DNA of 64,000 nucleotides from Candidatus Omnitrophota bacterium (GTDB taxonomy: Bacteria > Omnitrophota > Omnitrophia > Omnitrophales > JACQLI01), in assembly GCA_016179745.1 (NCBI GenBank), contig JACPCP010000012.1:789-64788 (forward strand). The letters run 5' to 3'. Positions 23,101-35,100 of this stretch are shown here, piece by piece. Position numbers and translations under genes: made by a program. Within the stretch, counting starts at the first letter, position 1. The number at the start of each line of letters is the position of its first letter. Below the pieces are notes generated by a model. That model searched no databases and was not told the origin of the DNA. It saw only the letters and a program-made list of their open reading frames with translations.

Positions 23101-26100
23101 AAGCCCATAGGCCTCAATCGTCCGCTTGAGTAGTTCTTCAATGCCGGAAGAGGCCCGGGGATCCAGCGCCAATTCCAGCTTCACTCCGTAGTTGCCCCGT
23201 TTCAAAAGCTGAAAGCCTTCAAGATTTTCCAGAATAAAACGAAGGTAAAGCGCTGCAATGATTTCTTCCAGCGCAACCAGCCGTCCGTCTTCGTCGGCAA
23301 GGCCGAGCCGGTCGCTGTCGCCATCGGGCTGGGCCCCGATCCAATCCCCGCCGCCCGCATTGCGCTGTTTGAGGTGGAGGTCTTCCAGGCGCTTCTGGGA
23401 CTTCGGATTGGAGGGGTCGGCCACGAGCGACGTCTGGGGGTTGGGGATCGTGTTTTCCCGGGCGACCTTCACGCCGAGTTTTTCGAGAAGGGCGGCCGCA
23501 TAACCCCCCGTCCCTTCACCGGCCTCCACAAGGACTTGAAAGTCCCGGTTAAATCCCTTTCTGTTCCTTCTCTGATAATGATAAAAGCCGATGTCCCGCA
23601 AGTAACCGTCAAGAAGCTTTACTTCCCGGACCTGGCCCTTCTTCGTTTTGGCGGGATCCCGGTGCGTGCCCTTGATCATCTCATCCCGGAGCGCCAGCAG
23701 CCGGGCGCCCTCGACATCGGACGGCTTTCCGGAAAGGGAATAACTGCCGTTGTCGTCAAGGAAGGCGATGACCTTCAGGCCGCTCTCATTGATTTCATTG
23801 TGGGAGGCCGTGACTTGAATGACAATGCGGTAAGGTCCCCGGGCGTCGTTCGGGCGTCTGCCGGCCATCGTTCGGGAGACCCCGCTCGGGAGGATTTCAG
23901 AAGAGAAATCGACATGGAGCCCGACGGCGGCAAAGGCATTGACCAACTCATCCCGGATTCGGGGTGTGGAATAACGGTGATCGCCCGTCAGGAGGACAGG
24001 GGACCCTTCCGGAAATTTGGAGCCGAGAACGTAGGCAAATTTCTGGAGGAATTCGGGAGTGAACTTTGCCTGCGGGCCCCGACTGTCATAAGAACGGAAA
24101 AGTTCCCGGGGATAAGGTTCGGCCTTGGGGGCAGGCTTTGCTTCTCCCGTTCCCGAGGGCGGCGCCCGGCCCCGTTTTGTTCTTTTCCCGGCCTGCGGCG
24201 CAAGCGAAGTTCCTGCTTCCAAAAGTTCTTCGCCGGTTTCCGCCGTGCCGACCCAGCCTGCCACCCGGGAGGGGATCCGTCCCACCGCCCGGACCCATCT
24301 TCCAAAGGAGCCGCTTAGATTTTCTTCGAGCTGGCGGCGCTCGTCGAGAAGGTCCGACTCCACCTGTCTCAGGAAATCTTTTCGGCCCAGAATGACCCGC
24401 TCGGGCATGGGTTCTCCTTTTGCCCCCTGGGGCCACTGAAAGATCCCGTCCGGCCCCATACTATAGGAAGAGCCGTATCCGCCTTCGAAATAATCGGACA
24501 TGGCATCATCCGTGAAAATCGCTCTCGGATTCGTCAAATCCACTTTCGCCCGCTTCAAGGTGAGAAGGATGTTGTGGCCTTCCACAAATCCCCGGATCGG
24601 CCGGTGATAATTCTGGGAAACCGCCCCCAGGAATTCATCGAGGTGCGCCATCACGGCTTGCTTTGCCCGGGGCTTCACGAGGCGGGACTCATCTCCATAC
24701 CAGCTTTGCACGACATCCAGCGCCGCATTAATTTCCTTTAAGGATTTCTGCTCGTCCCGAATATCGTTTTGCAGGGCGACCATCGCCTCCAGGCCGTGAA
24801 ATCCTTTGTGAGAAACTTTCATGAGTTCGCCTGTTCGACTGTCAAAGGGGACGCCGCCGTGCCAGTGGACATAGCTGTAATCATTCACATAGAAAAGCCG
24901 GAAATGCCGGCGAAGCCATTTGGAATATTCCTGGATCCTCGGGTCCTCTGTGTAATTGCCGTAATGGACCTTCTCAAGAAGTTTCCGGCCCATCCCGGGA
25001 TGGGCTTCGTTAAAGGCCCGGACCCGGGCGTTGTAGACAAAAATACCCTTGAGCCACGTGATGTCCTCTTCTTTTTTGATCTGCCAGCGCTCGTGGTGCG
25101 CCCGGTTCCAGCCGGCGATGAAGGCCAGGGCCTCTTTTTCGGAAGCGGACGGGTCAACGTTCAAGAGCTCAACATCCTCCCTGAGGAACTGATTGAAGGC
25201 CTCGATTTCCTTATTCCGGTTTTCGAGGAGCCGCTTCATCCAGCCCCTGTGCGTGAGTGTTTCCTGGGCCCAGAATTCTTTTGATTCCCAAGCCGAATCC
25301 ATCTTGTAAGCGTCCGATTTTGTCTTGTGGACCCCCATGAGATTCAAAGATTGCGCAAGTTCGTGATTGCCTATGATCGTCACGGCGTAACCCATCTCCT
25401 CCATCTCCCGGTAGCGGTCAAAGACCCCGAGCGGGCTCGGGCCCCGGTCCACCATGTCGCCGCCCAGAATAATGAGTTCGATATTACCCGCACCCGGATA
25501 AACCCCTTGTTCGCCGTAGGGCTTCGTGCGGCCCCATTCGCCGATCGTGGGGTCAAACTCATTATCAAAATCACCCGCCTTGCCGAAGGCCCGGGCGTGA
25601 ATCTCATCCTGACGCCGGAGCGCCGAATGCGGATCGGAAGAAGTTGAGTAATGCGGAAGACCGTTGGCGAGTCCAAGCTTGGCCCGACGGACTTCGTTCA
25701 AAAGCACGTCGACCCAGGCCTGCCTCAAACGCAGGAGCGCCTCCAGGGCCCGGCGGCGAAGAACTTCGCTGGAGCTCACCGTGTGGCTCTCAATGAATTC
25801 CCGCAGGACGGGGTGAAGATCCATCCCGGTAATTTTATTCGTAATTTTATTCAACGCCTCTGTCCGGTGCCCCGAGCGGTCATCGGTCAAGAGAATCAAA
25901 ACAGCGTCCAACTGATTCATCCGTTCGTGCCAATCCACGGGGCGGCCCCTCACCTTGCTCCAGAGATCAAGATAGGTAGTCTTCGCAAAGGCATTCAGCT
26001 TCGGGTCCCGTGGAAGCGCTTGATGCCGGTAACCGTGGTCGGCGGCATCACGAATTTGGGCATCCGGACTCGTCTGCCACCAAAATCCGAGTTCCCGGAC

Positions 26101-29100
26101 CAGGTGGGTCCGGTTTTGCGGGTCAGCCGTAATCACGCCCGCCACACGAACCAGCGTCCTTTGGAGCGCAACCGCTTCTGCCTCTCTTGTCTTTGCCCGG
26201 GGCCGCTCAGCCTGCAGGCGCTCAAGAAGAATCTTCGTCACCTCTCGATGGCGGCCCCGCTTTTCAAGATAACCCGCAATCCCGAGCATGTTGTCGGCAT
26301 CGTCTTCTCCCCGGAGGGCGGCCAGGAGCCTTGTTTCTATTTCATTAAAATTAACGCCCTTCTCCGTCCCGGCGAGAAGATCCAGCGCCAGCGACAGGGC
26401 AATCTGGCGCTTCTTATAGATCGGGCGGTTCTCCTCATATTTCTTGAGAAGGTCGAGGATGGCAGCGCCCCGCATCGGAAAGACCCGCTCAAGCTGCCAG
26501 TAGGTTTTTTGATAGGCCACGTGGAAGAGGGGCGGATTCACGTATTTCGTTTCATCGGACGTTGTGCGAAGTTCGGAGCGGCTCATAAAATCAATGGCCC
26601 GGGTCAGGGCCTCAGAGGCTTCCGGGGGCAGCGCCCCGCCCTCCAGCCGGACGGACACAGCCACGGTCTCATCCCGCATCCAACGTAAGAGCCGGCTTCT
26701 CTTTTCTCCGGCTCGAATACTCTCTTTATAAAGGAAGACACCGACGTCATTCGCCGAAAGCTCGGCGAATACCTTTTTCGTTCCGGGCCGCCGGGCCGCC
26801 TGAATTTCCCAGAGCGCCTCCACCTCTCTCACAAAAACTCCGTCCGCTTCTGGGAGCCTGAGGACCTCTGCCCAGGAGCTTTCTTCCTGGATGGAACCGC
26901 CGTAGAGCGCCTTCACCGGACCCGCCACAGATTTGATCAAACGAAGGTCCTGGGCAATGGTTTCGGAATCGAGCGGCTCCTCAGGCGTGTAAATCAGGAT
27001 CGTTTGAGACCGCTCTTTTCGGCTGAGGCCCTCGAGCAGTCCTCTGATCTCTTGTTCTCTCTCCTGAACCGTGGAACTTGCGATATGCACCAAAGGAATT
27101 AGTTTTTGCCGAAGAAGGGACTTGATTTTTCGGTTCGCCCCTGGAGGTCCCACCAAGCCGGACCCCCGGCCAAAACTCGTGGCCACGTGGACAAAAGGCG
27201 TTCCGAGTTCCCGGGCCAGGGCCAGTTCCTTCGAGCCGTCCTCGGAAACCTCGGGAATCGCCGAGGCGTGGCCTTTCAACTTGAGTTCCGTGTCGCTGGC
27301 CTCAATCTGCCGAAGACTCGTGTCCCGGGCCAGGGGCGCCACGGGCAGACGCACAAATTCTCCCTCCAGGACATCTCTCGGCTCCACCACGTCGATGGAC
27401 TCAAACGGGATTTTCCGGATGAGAGAGTTCGCTTCGTAGGCGATCTCTTCGCCGTTCAGCGAGCGCCGGGCCAAGTCAAGGATTTGGTCGTATTCCTCGC
27501 TGCGGAATTTTACGAACTGTCGGCGGTTGAGTTCGGCCTCGAGCGCCTTCGCCACACCGGTCTCGCCCATCGCCTTCTGATAGGCCACGAGCCCCGGAAA
27601 GGTGTCGTCTTCGGGGGAAAACATAATTTCATTCACTAGGTATTCCTGGATCTTCTCGGGGAAGGCCATCCATCGTTTCTGAAAAGCAAGGAGGGTGTTC
27701 TTTTCATTATTCACATAGATTCGATAAAGGCCGATGAGCGAAGGCTCGTGATACTCGGCGGGCAGGAGCTCCCGGGCCCGCCTCAGGAATTCGTCCCGTT
27801 TCAAATCATAGATGGGGTAAAGCAGGGCAAACTTCTGGTCGAGATTGAGCTGGGTGAAGGCCTTTTTGATTTCTTCCAGCTTCTTCAAATCGACATTTTC
27901 GAAACCCGGGAGCGGCGTGCCGCCTTCTTCCGTGGGAATTTTTCCGTGCTTCGGGTGCCTGAAAACCCACTCCGCCATCTCCACCATAAATTGCCGGATC
28001 TGCACCCTGAGCTCTCCCGTGCCGGTCTCGGAATCCATGGCCCTTGCGAGAAGGTCACCCTCGGCCGGCTGCATCGGGTCACCCGCCAGTTTCGCCATCC
28101 CCCGATACTGGAGTTTTTGAAAGAGCGTGGCGATATTTCCCTTGCCGATATAAGACTCCCGAAGTGAAACAAAGGCCTCAAGCGGCGTTCCTGTGATGCC
28201 GTGCTGGGCAATTTCGGTCCGGATCGAAAAAATTTCGTGCGGCGCCTCCTGGCCGAGTGAACGGTAATGTTTACGGACAGACCGATTGACCTCTTCCTGG
28301 AATTTGGGGTCCCGAATGGCGTCGCCAATCCGGCGGGTCCGCTCGAGGTCCGGGAGCTCAGTCTCGACACCGTGCGAGGTCCCGTTATGAATGGCCAGCC
28401 ACTGCGGCTTGATCCCCCGCCGAGCCAGCATCCGAAGGTAGGTCAAGGCCTCGGCCACGGTCGTAATTTCCTGGACCGGACGGCCGGTCTTTGGGTCCAG
28501 AATAATTTGTCCTGTGGCGGGATCTATCCTGGGCCGGCCGACTTCTCCGACCTCAAACTCCGACGAGGGGCTCGTGCCTTTGACGTAATTCCAGATCCGA
28601 ACGGCCCGGTCCACGTTCTCCCGAAGCCCGGCCTCTGCAATGGCCGAATCGGCTTCGAAAATTTTCCGGTCAAGTTCTGCAAGGCGTGCCGCCGAAGCGC
28701 CTGCCTGGGCGGCCGCCTCCCGCTTGCTCTTCAGTTCCAAATAGGTGAGCTGTCCGCCTTCGTCTGAAATCCGGAGGGACTCCTCCACGTCCCGGGCCCG
28801 GGCCAGATTGTAAAGGTGAGAGGGGTCCATCGCATAAGAGGTGAAGTCTCCTTCGTCCCGGAGGCGGGTGATATAGTCCCGGGTCGAAAGAAGGTCGGCC
28901 GGCGTTCCGGTGCGGATCGCCACGTGATCGGCGTGAAGGATGATCGGGACTTTTGCTCCCTGACGACGGATTTCGTAATAAAGGTCCTCCGCCAGCTGGA
29001 CCGGATCATACGCATAGCCTGCCTCGGAGCGGGCAATCTCCACAATGATGGGAACACCGAGAAACTTCGCCGTTCTCACAATGGCCCGAAGAATGATTGG

Positions 29101-32100
29101 GCTTCGGGCCGTGGCCGCAATGGTAATGCCGTTCAAGCCGTGCCGCCGATAGTAAGCCCGAACCGGTGTCCCGGGCACGAGCCCATATTGCAGGTAATAT
29201 TCGCTCAGCCGTTTTAAATTGGGGTCCAGCGCCTCGAGCACCTGAAGCGCCACTTCCCGGGTAACAGGGTTAGTCTTCTGATGGCGAAGATCAAAAATCA
29301 GCCGGCCCAGATTTGAACGTTTGGAGAGGTATTCCCTGTGCTTCCTCGGGTCCTTGATCTTCACGATGTTCGTGGTTACTTCCCGGCGCCGGTCGAGATA
29401 ATCCACAACCGCCCGGCTCCCCCCCTGATAAAGCCGGTAGATCAGCCGGGTCGCATAGAGAAGGGTCCCGGCCATCGCCACTCCCTTGACGCCCGTCACG
29501 GCGTCCTTCGGAAGGAGTTTCAGGACAGCCTTGATCTTTTCCTTGAGCGCCTCATCATCCGCCTCGTCCCTCAAAGCGGCGGCCAGCTCCCGATAACGTT
29601 CCTTCAATTCGTCCGGATAACCTTTCACGGCCTCTTCCAACTGACGCCTGACACCGGGCTCATTCGGCCTCGCCTCTGCCCAGAGATACCGAATGAGCAA
29701 GAACAGGTAAGCGCCTGCTGTGGCGTAATTCGCAAGGGTGATGAGCCGGCCTGCGGTGGTGTGAGGGTCTCTGGCCCTCGGGTCGAGAAAATGGGCAAGG
29801 GCCCCGGCGGCGCCGAGCGCTGACTCTTTGGGTTCTGCCAGGACTTCTCCGACTTTTCCGCCGACAAACTTCGTCATCTCAACGGCGCTTTTCCCTCCCC
29901 AAACGGCGGTCCGGGCCGTCGTGTCCGAAAGTCTCAGGAAGAGGATGAGCCGGGTGATGGCGTGATCGGCCCGGTCAAACGGAGTCAGGGCCGTGTTTCC
30001 CTTGCGGGTAATCGTGTCATTGATAGCACTCACCGCCGTTTGAAGCTGGGTCCCGAGCTTGGGATTCACCCCCCACTCCTCCACTTTGACTTTGTCCAGG
30101 GGGTCCCGAAGCCATTCTGTTAAATCGTCAATGCGTTTGGGAAGGAACTCTGCAGCGTAGTCCTGAAAATCAAAGACCAGCCCTTGAAGCACCCCGCCGA
30201 TCATGGCCGTTCTTTGATCACCGAGGTAGCGCTCCGACAAGGCGCTCAAGACCGGAAGCGCAATTCGCACGGTCTCAAGAACGTAGCGGTAACTTTGCAG
30301 GAGCGACTGGATCCGGGCAACATTTTCTTCCGTCAGTTCGTCCTGGCGCCCGATTTTTTCCTCAAGCGCTGAGAGCTCCTTTCGAAGGGTTTCGAGTTCG
30401 CCGGCGAATTCATTCAGGCGGGCCAGCTCGTAAAGCGGCTCTTCGAGCGTATCCCGGAGAAAATCGTCCTGCTCGAGATCTCTCACCTCTCCCACGAGGG
30501 AACGGCTTCGCCACCAGAGACGGGTCGCCTCTGGGAGGTCCGGAATCCGCCGGGACACCGCCCGGCCGTGAACATAGGCCTGAAGCACGGCCTGGATTCT
30601 TGAAATCTTCGCCTGCTGCAGGGCAATTTTATAATCCACGTGCCCGGTCTGAATCACTGTGGGTTTCCCTTTGTGCACCTTGAGATCAAAACTCAAGTCC
30701 GTTCCCGGAATCTTGAACCTTCCCCCATTTTGGACAACCGTTCGTGTCTCGGGCCCCGGACCCGGCAAACCTTCGATCTGGACCCACCCCCCCTCCCTCG
30801 GCATCAGGGTCAGGGTCAGCCTGTCCCAGTTCGGAAGATCGAGAATGACCCGTGACTTGTAAAGAGGAGGCACGACCCGCCCTTCGGGGCTTGTAAAGGT
30901 CAGGGTTTGATCTTTCTTGTCAAACTTCAATTGGTAAGGCCTCGGCGTTTCGGGCGTGCCAAACTCCAGGGTGAGCGGCCCGTCCGAGACCCGGTCCGTG
31001 ACCGTAACCCCCCGGGCATTGACATAGCGGACTTCTGCCTGATCGTCAGAAATCACATTCACCACGACCTTGTGGTTTGTAATTTCTTCTCCGGGAATTG
31101 AAATCTCGTAAGTTTGGTTTGTGTCAAGGCGCCCCTCGATCGGAGGGATTGGCAGCGCCGTGCCCCGGATAAAATTAAGGGCCGCTTCTTTGATGATCCC
31201 GAGCCGGCTCGTGGGTTCGGGAGTTCCGAAAAGCGTGTCCACAAGATAGATCAAGGCCCTCGGGGCCAGATTCCAAAGCCAGCCCGTGGCCTTCTCGGCA
31301 TTTTCGACGATGCCGGCGCCGATCATTTTCACGAAGAAATCCCTGAAGCTGAGACCAAAGCTCGCCTTGAAGACATCCGCTCCCCAGTGGGCCATGGCCA
31401 TCCGGCGCTGAAAGCTCTCCAGCTCCTCCACGGCCCGGTCAATCCGGGTCTGGTCCCGCCCGGCCTCCCGCTCCTCTTCCGGTGTCAGCACCCGCCCCTG
31501 AAATTCCTCGACTTCGGCAAAATCTTTAATCTCCTCCGCCAGCGTCGTGCGGGTCTTGAGGACGCCCCTCACGTCACGCCAGCTTGTAAGCTTCTCCACC
31601 AAAAGACGCCGGAGTTCCTCAAGGTCCCGGTCCCTCAAGATGACCGCCTGGTAACGGTTGATTTCCCGGTTTGCGGCCTCCGCCGTCCCCACTGGGCCAA
31701 ACACCTGAAGGTGCGGAATGATCCCTTCAAAACCCTCCTCGTCCCGGTTCTGGATATTTTCCACAATGTCCCGCCGGACCGCCCTCGGAAGGATCCGGTT
31801 CCATTCCGACTGATACGGCTTCAAGGTATTTTTCTCATTGTCCCGATAAATGACATAAAGGGCCTGAACGACTTCGGGGCTGAACTTTCCAAGCGTTTGG
31901 ACATTTCTCTGAAAGGCCTGGGTCTCCGGATGCACATCCGGTTGAATCGTAAAGAGGGGAAAAAGAATTTCGAAAAGCCGGTCCCGGTTTTTCTCCTCCA
32001 GGCCGTCAACGCCTTGCTTCAACGTGAGCGAGCGAAACGCCAGCTTGAGCCGTTCGAGCTCGGCGGTGTTCACGACTTCGAAACCGGGTTTCGGCGTGCC

Positions 32101-35100
32101 GCTTTCCTCCGTGGGAATTTTCCCGAGTTTTTTGTCGAGCGTCACGTGGAAGAACATCCGCAGCATAAAATCCCGGAGACGGCGGCGGGTTTCGTCGGCT
32201 CTCGGACCCGTGCCGACCAACTGTTCAAAAAGGACCGGGTCGTGGATGATTTCGGCGAGGCGGCCGTATTGATTCTTCTGGAAACGGGTGGCGATATTTC
32301 CCTTCCCGATGGCGTTTTCGATGAGTTCCTCAAAGAGATCCAACGGGGTCCCGGTAATCCCGTGTTGGGCGATTTCGGTCCGCTTCTCAAGAAGCCCGGA
32401 AGGCACGGCCAGCCCCTCAGCGGCGTAATACGCTTCAACCAGACCGTTGATTTCACGAAGGAACTCTTCGTTTTGAATTGCATCCGAAATTTCTTTTGTG
32501 CGCTCAAGCTCAAGGCCCGTGAATTCCACGCCGTGCGAGGTGCCGTTGTGAATGGCGAGAAAGTCCGGTTTGACGCCGCCCCGGGCCAGCATTCGAAGGA
32601 AGGTCTTCGCTTCAGCCACGGTCGTCACCTCCTGCTCGGGTAGATTCTTCTCCGTCATCACGACCTGCCCCGTCACGGGGTCGATCTTCGGGCGGCCGAC
32701 TTCGCCGACTTCCAGTTCGAGCGAAGGGTTCCGAAGCTGGACGTAACGCAGGGCCGCAAGGCTTCGATCCACGTTCTTCTCAAGCGCCGCCTCGGCGACC
32801 TTTTCGTCCAGTTCTTCAATCTTTTTTGCCAGTTCAAGATTCCGTTTCGCCTCCTCTTCCGTAAGAAATTCTCCGTCGGCGATCTTCGTAAGATAAACCG
32901 CCCGCTCCCGCCGGAGACCGTCGAGATTCAGTTCGGCCTCCTTCGCCTTCGCCGCCTCCACGTCGTAAAGGTGGGAGGCATCTATCGCAAAAGAGGTGTA
33001 ACCCGCCTTTTGAAGCTCTTTGAGGTAGCCGATAACGGTTAGCATCTCCTTCTCGTCGCCGGTCTTGATGCTGACATGGTCGGCGTGGAGAATCACGGGG
33101 CCTTTGAACGCCTGGCGCCGGATTTCCTCATACAGATTATCCGCCAGCTGGACCGCATCGTAAGCGTAGCCGTGTTCCGAGCGGGCGATTTCGACAATGA
33201 TGGGGACATCGAATTTCTTGGCGGCGGCCACGATGGCCTCGAGGATAATCGGTGAACGGGCCGTCGCCGACATAATGATCCCCTTGTAGCCGTGGCGGCG
33301 GTAGAAACTGCGAACCGGAGTCGCAGAAACAGGCGAATAGGTCAGGTAGTGCTGGATGAGCCGGCGGACATCGGGATCAACGGCTTCAAGCTGATGATAA
33401 AGCTTCTCACGAACTTCGGGGTCACGGTGATAGATCAAATCATCAAGGATTGCGTCGAGGTGCTCCCGGACAAAATCTTTGGCCTTCGTTTCGTCCACGA
33501 CCCGGTGGGTCGAAACATAAACCGGGGCGTCCGCCGGGGGCGCCTTGTTCGCCGGCGAGGCCGGAAAGAGCATCCAATAAAGGAAGCGGCCGATCATCAC
33601 AAGGCTGGAAACAACAAATACAAGCTCTGCGGCCTCGAGACGGTCTTTCGGCAAAAGGTGTCTCAGGAACCTTAAGACATAAGCCCGGGCTTCGTCCGAG
33701 TCTCCCCGCTTCACCGCCTCCGACCAGCCCTGAAGGGCGGTTTGAATTCCTTCCACATGATGTTCCTCAATCTGCTCCCCGGTGATCGTCTCCTGGGTCA
33801 GGCCCCCCCGCCAATATTTGTAAAGGAGATAAAGTCCGCTCACCGAAGCGAGGACGACATCCGGGTGAGAGGTGACAAAATTCCCGGCACGAGTGCCACG
33901 GAAAAGGACAAAGTTCCGCTCCACATAATGGCGGATTCTCCCCTTCTCAGAGTCCTCACCCGAATCCTGCCGGACTTCAGATCTCTTAAGCGCCCCCTCC
34001 AACGTGCCCCGGGCGCCTTCTTGGACCGGGTGAAAAGCCCACTGGCCTGTCGCCCGCCCGGCAAGGAGAGAGACCGCCAGCGCCCGGTCGGCCGCCTTCA
34101 GGAAAAAGGCGGCCCGGAGTCCGCTCAAAATGATGCGGTCCGAGCTTGTCATTTCGCCCTGCCGTTCAAACCATTCGATCGCCCGCACCCCGGCCCGGGT
34201 CCCAAGCAGAAGACCGAAACTCATCTTATCACCCGCATCCGCCATAAGGTTCAGGGCCTCGTGCATTTTTTTCGACGTCCGTTCCACAAGACCCGGCGTT
34301 CCCGGGCCGCCGATCACGACCCCTTCGATTTCCCGGCCGAGGGATTCGGCCCGGCTGTAATTCTCCGGTGAAAGAATCTTTTCGCCGGCGATCCCCAGAA
34401 GCCGGGTCGAGACCTCATAGGTCTCCAGATACATCAGGAGCGTCAGGATCTCATCCACCCGCTGATCGAAGAGGGGCGGGCCCGGCTTCAAAGCCTCCTC
34501 GGCCGTGTCCCGGTTGAATTCTTCAATCGCCTTTTTCAGTTCATCAAAAGTGCGAAGGTAGCCTTGCTGCTCTTCCGAGGAAAGCGAAGGGAGGGCCTGA
34601 CCCGCTATCTTGGCCGCCGCCGACTGGGCCACGAGACGGTTGTTCAGATCATAGAAGGCCTTCAGAGGTCCCGTCCAGAAACGGTTCTTAAAAAACGAAT
34701 CGTAAAGGGACCCGGAGGCCTCGAGGCCGTGCCGGGAAAGCACCAAAAAGGCGGCGGTCCTCACCAGGTAAAGCTTGGCGAGGGCAAGCTTCCTGCCTCT
34801 CTTGCCGGGCAGCACATCCGCCGGAGGCGGGGAAAGCATCGGGTCTTCGGCATATTCCCAGGGAAGCGCTTCTTCGTTCCAGGGATAACGTCCGCTGTCT
34901 TCATCATCACCCCATTCGGTCACGGGATCCGGTTCGGCTTTTTCTGCGGCCGGCCCTTTCGGCGGGACGGGCGTCCCGGAAAAAGTTTCCCTCAGGCGCC
35001 GCATCGCACCGGAGAAATAGGAGGAGCCGGGATAATTCGATTCGACGGACCCCGTCCAATCGCCGATCAGGGCCCGCAACTTGTCAGCGAGGCCGTCCGG

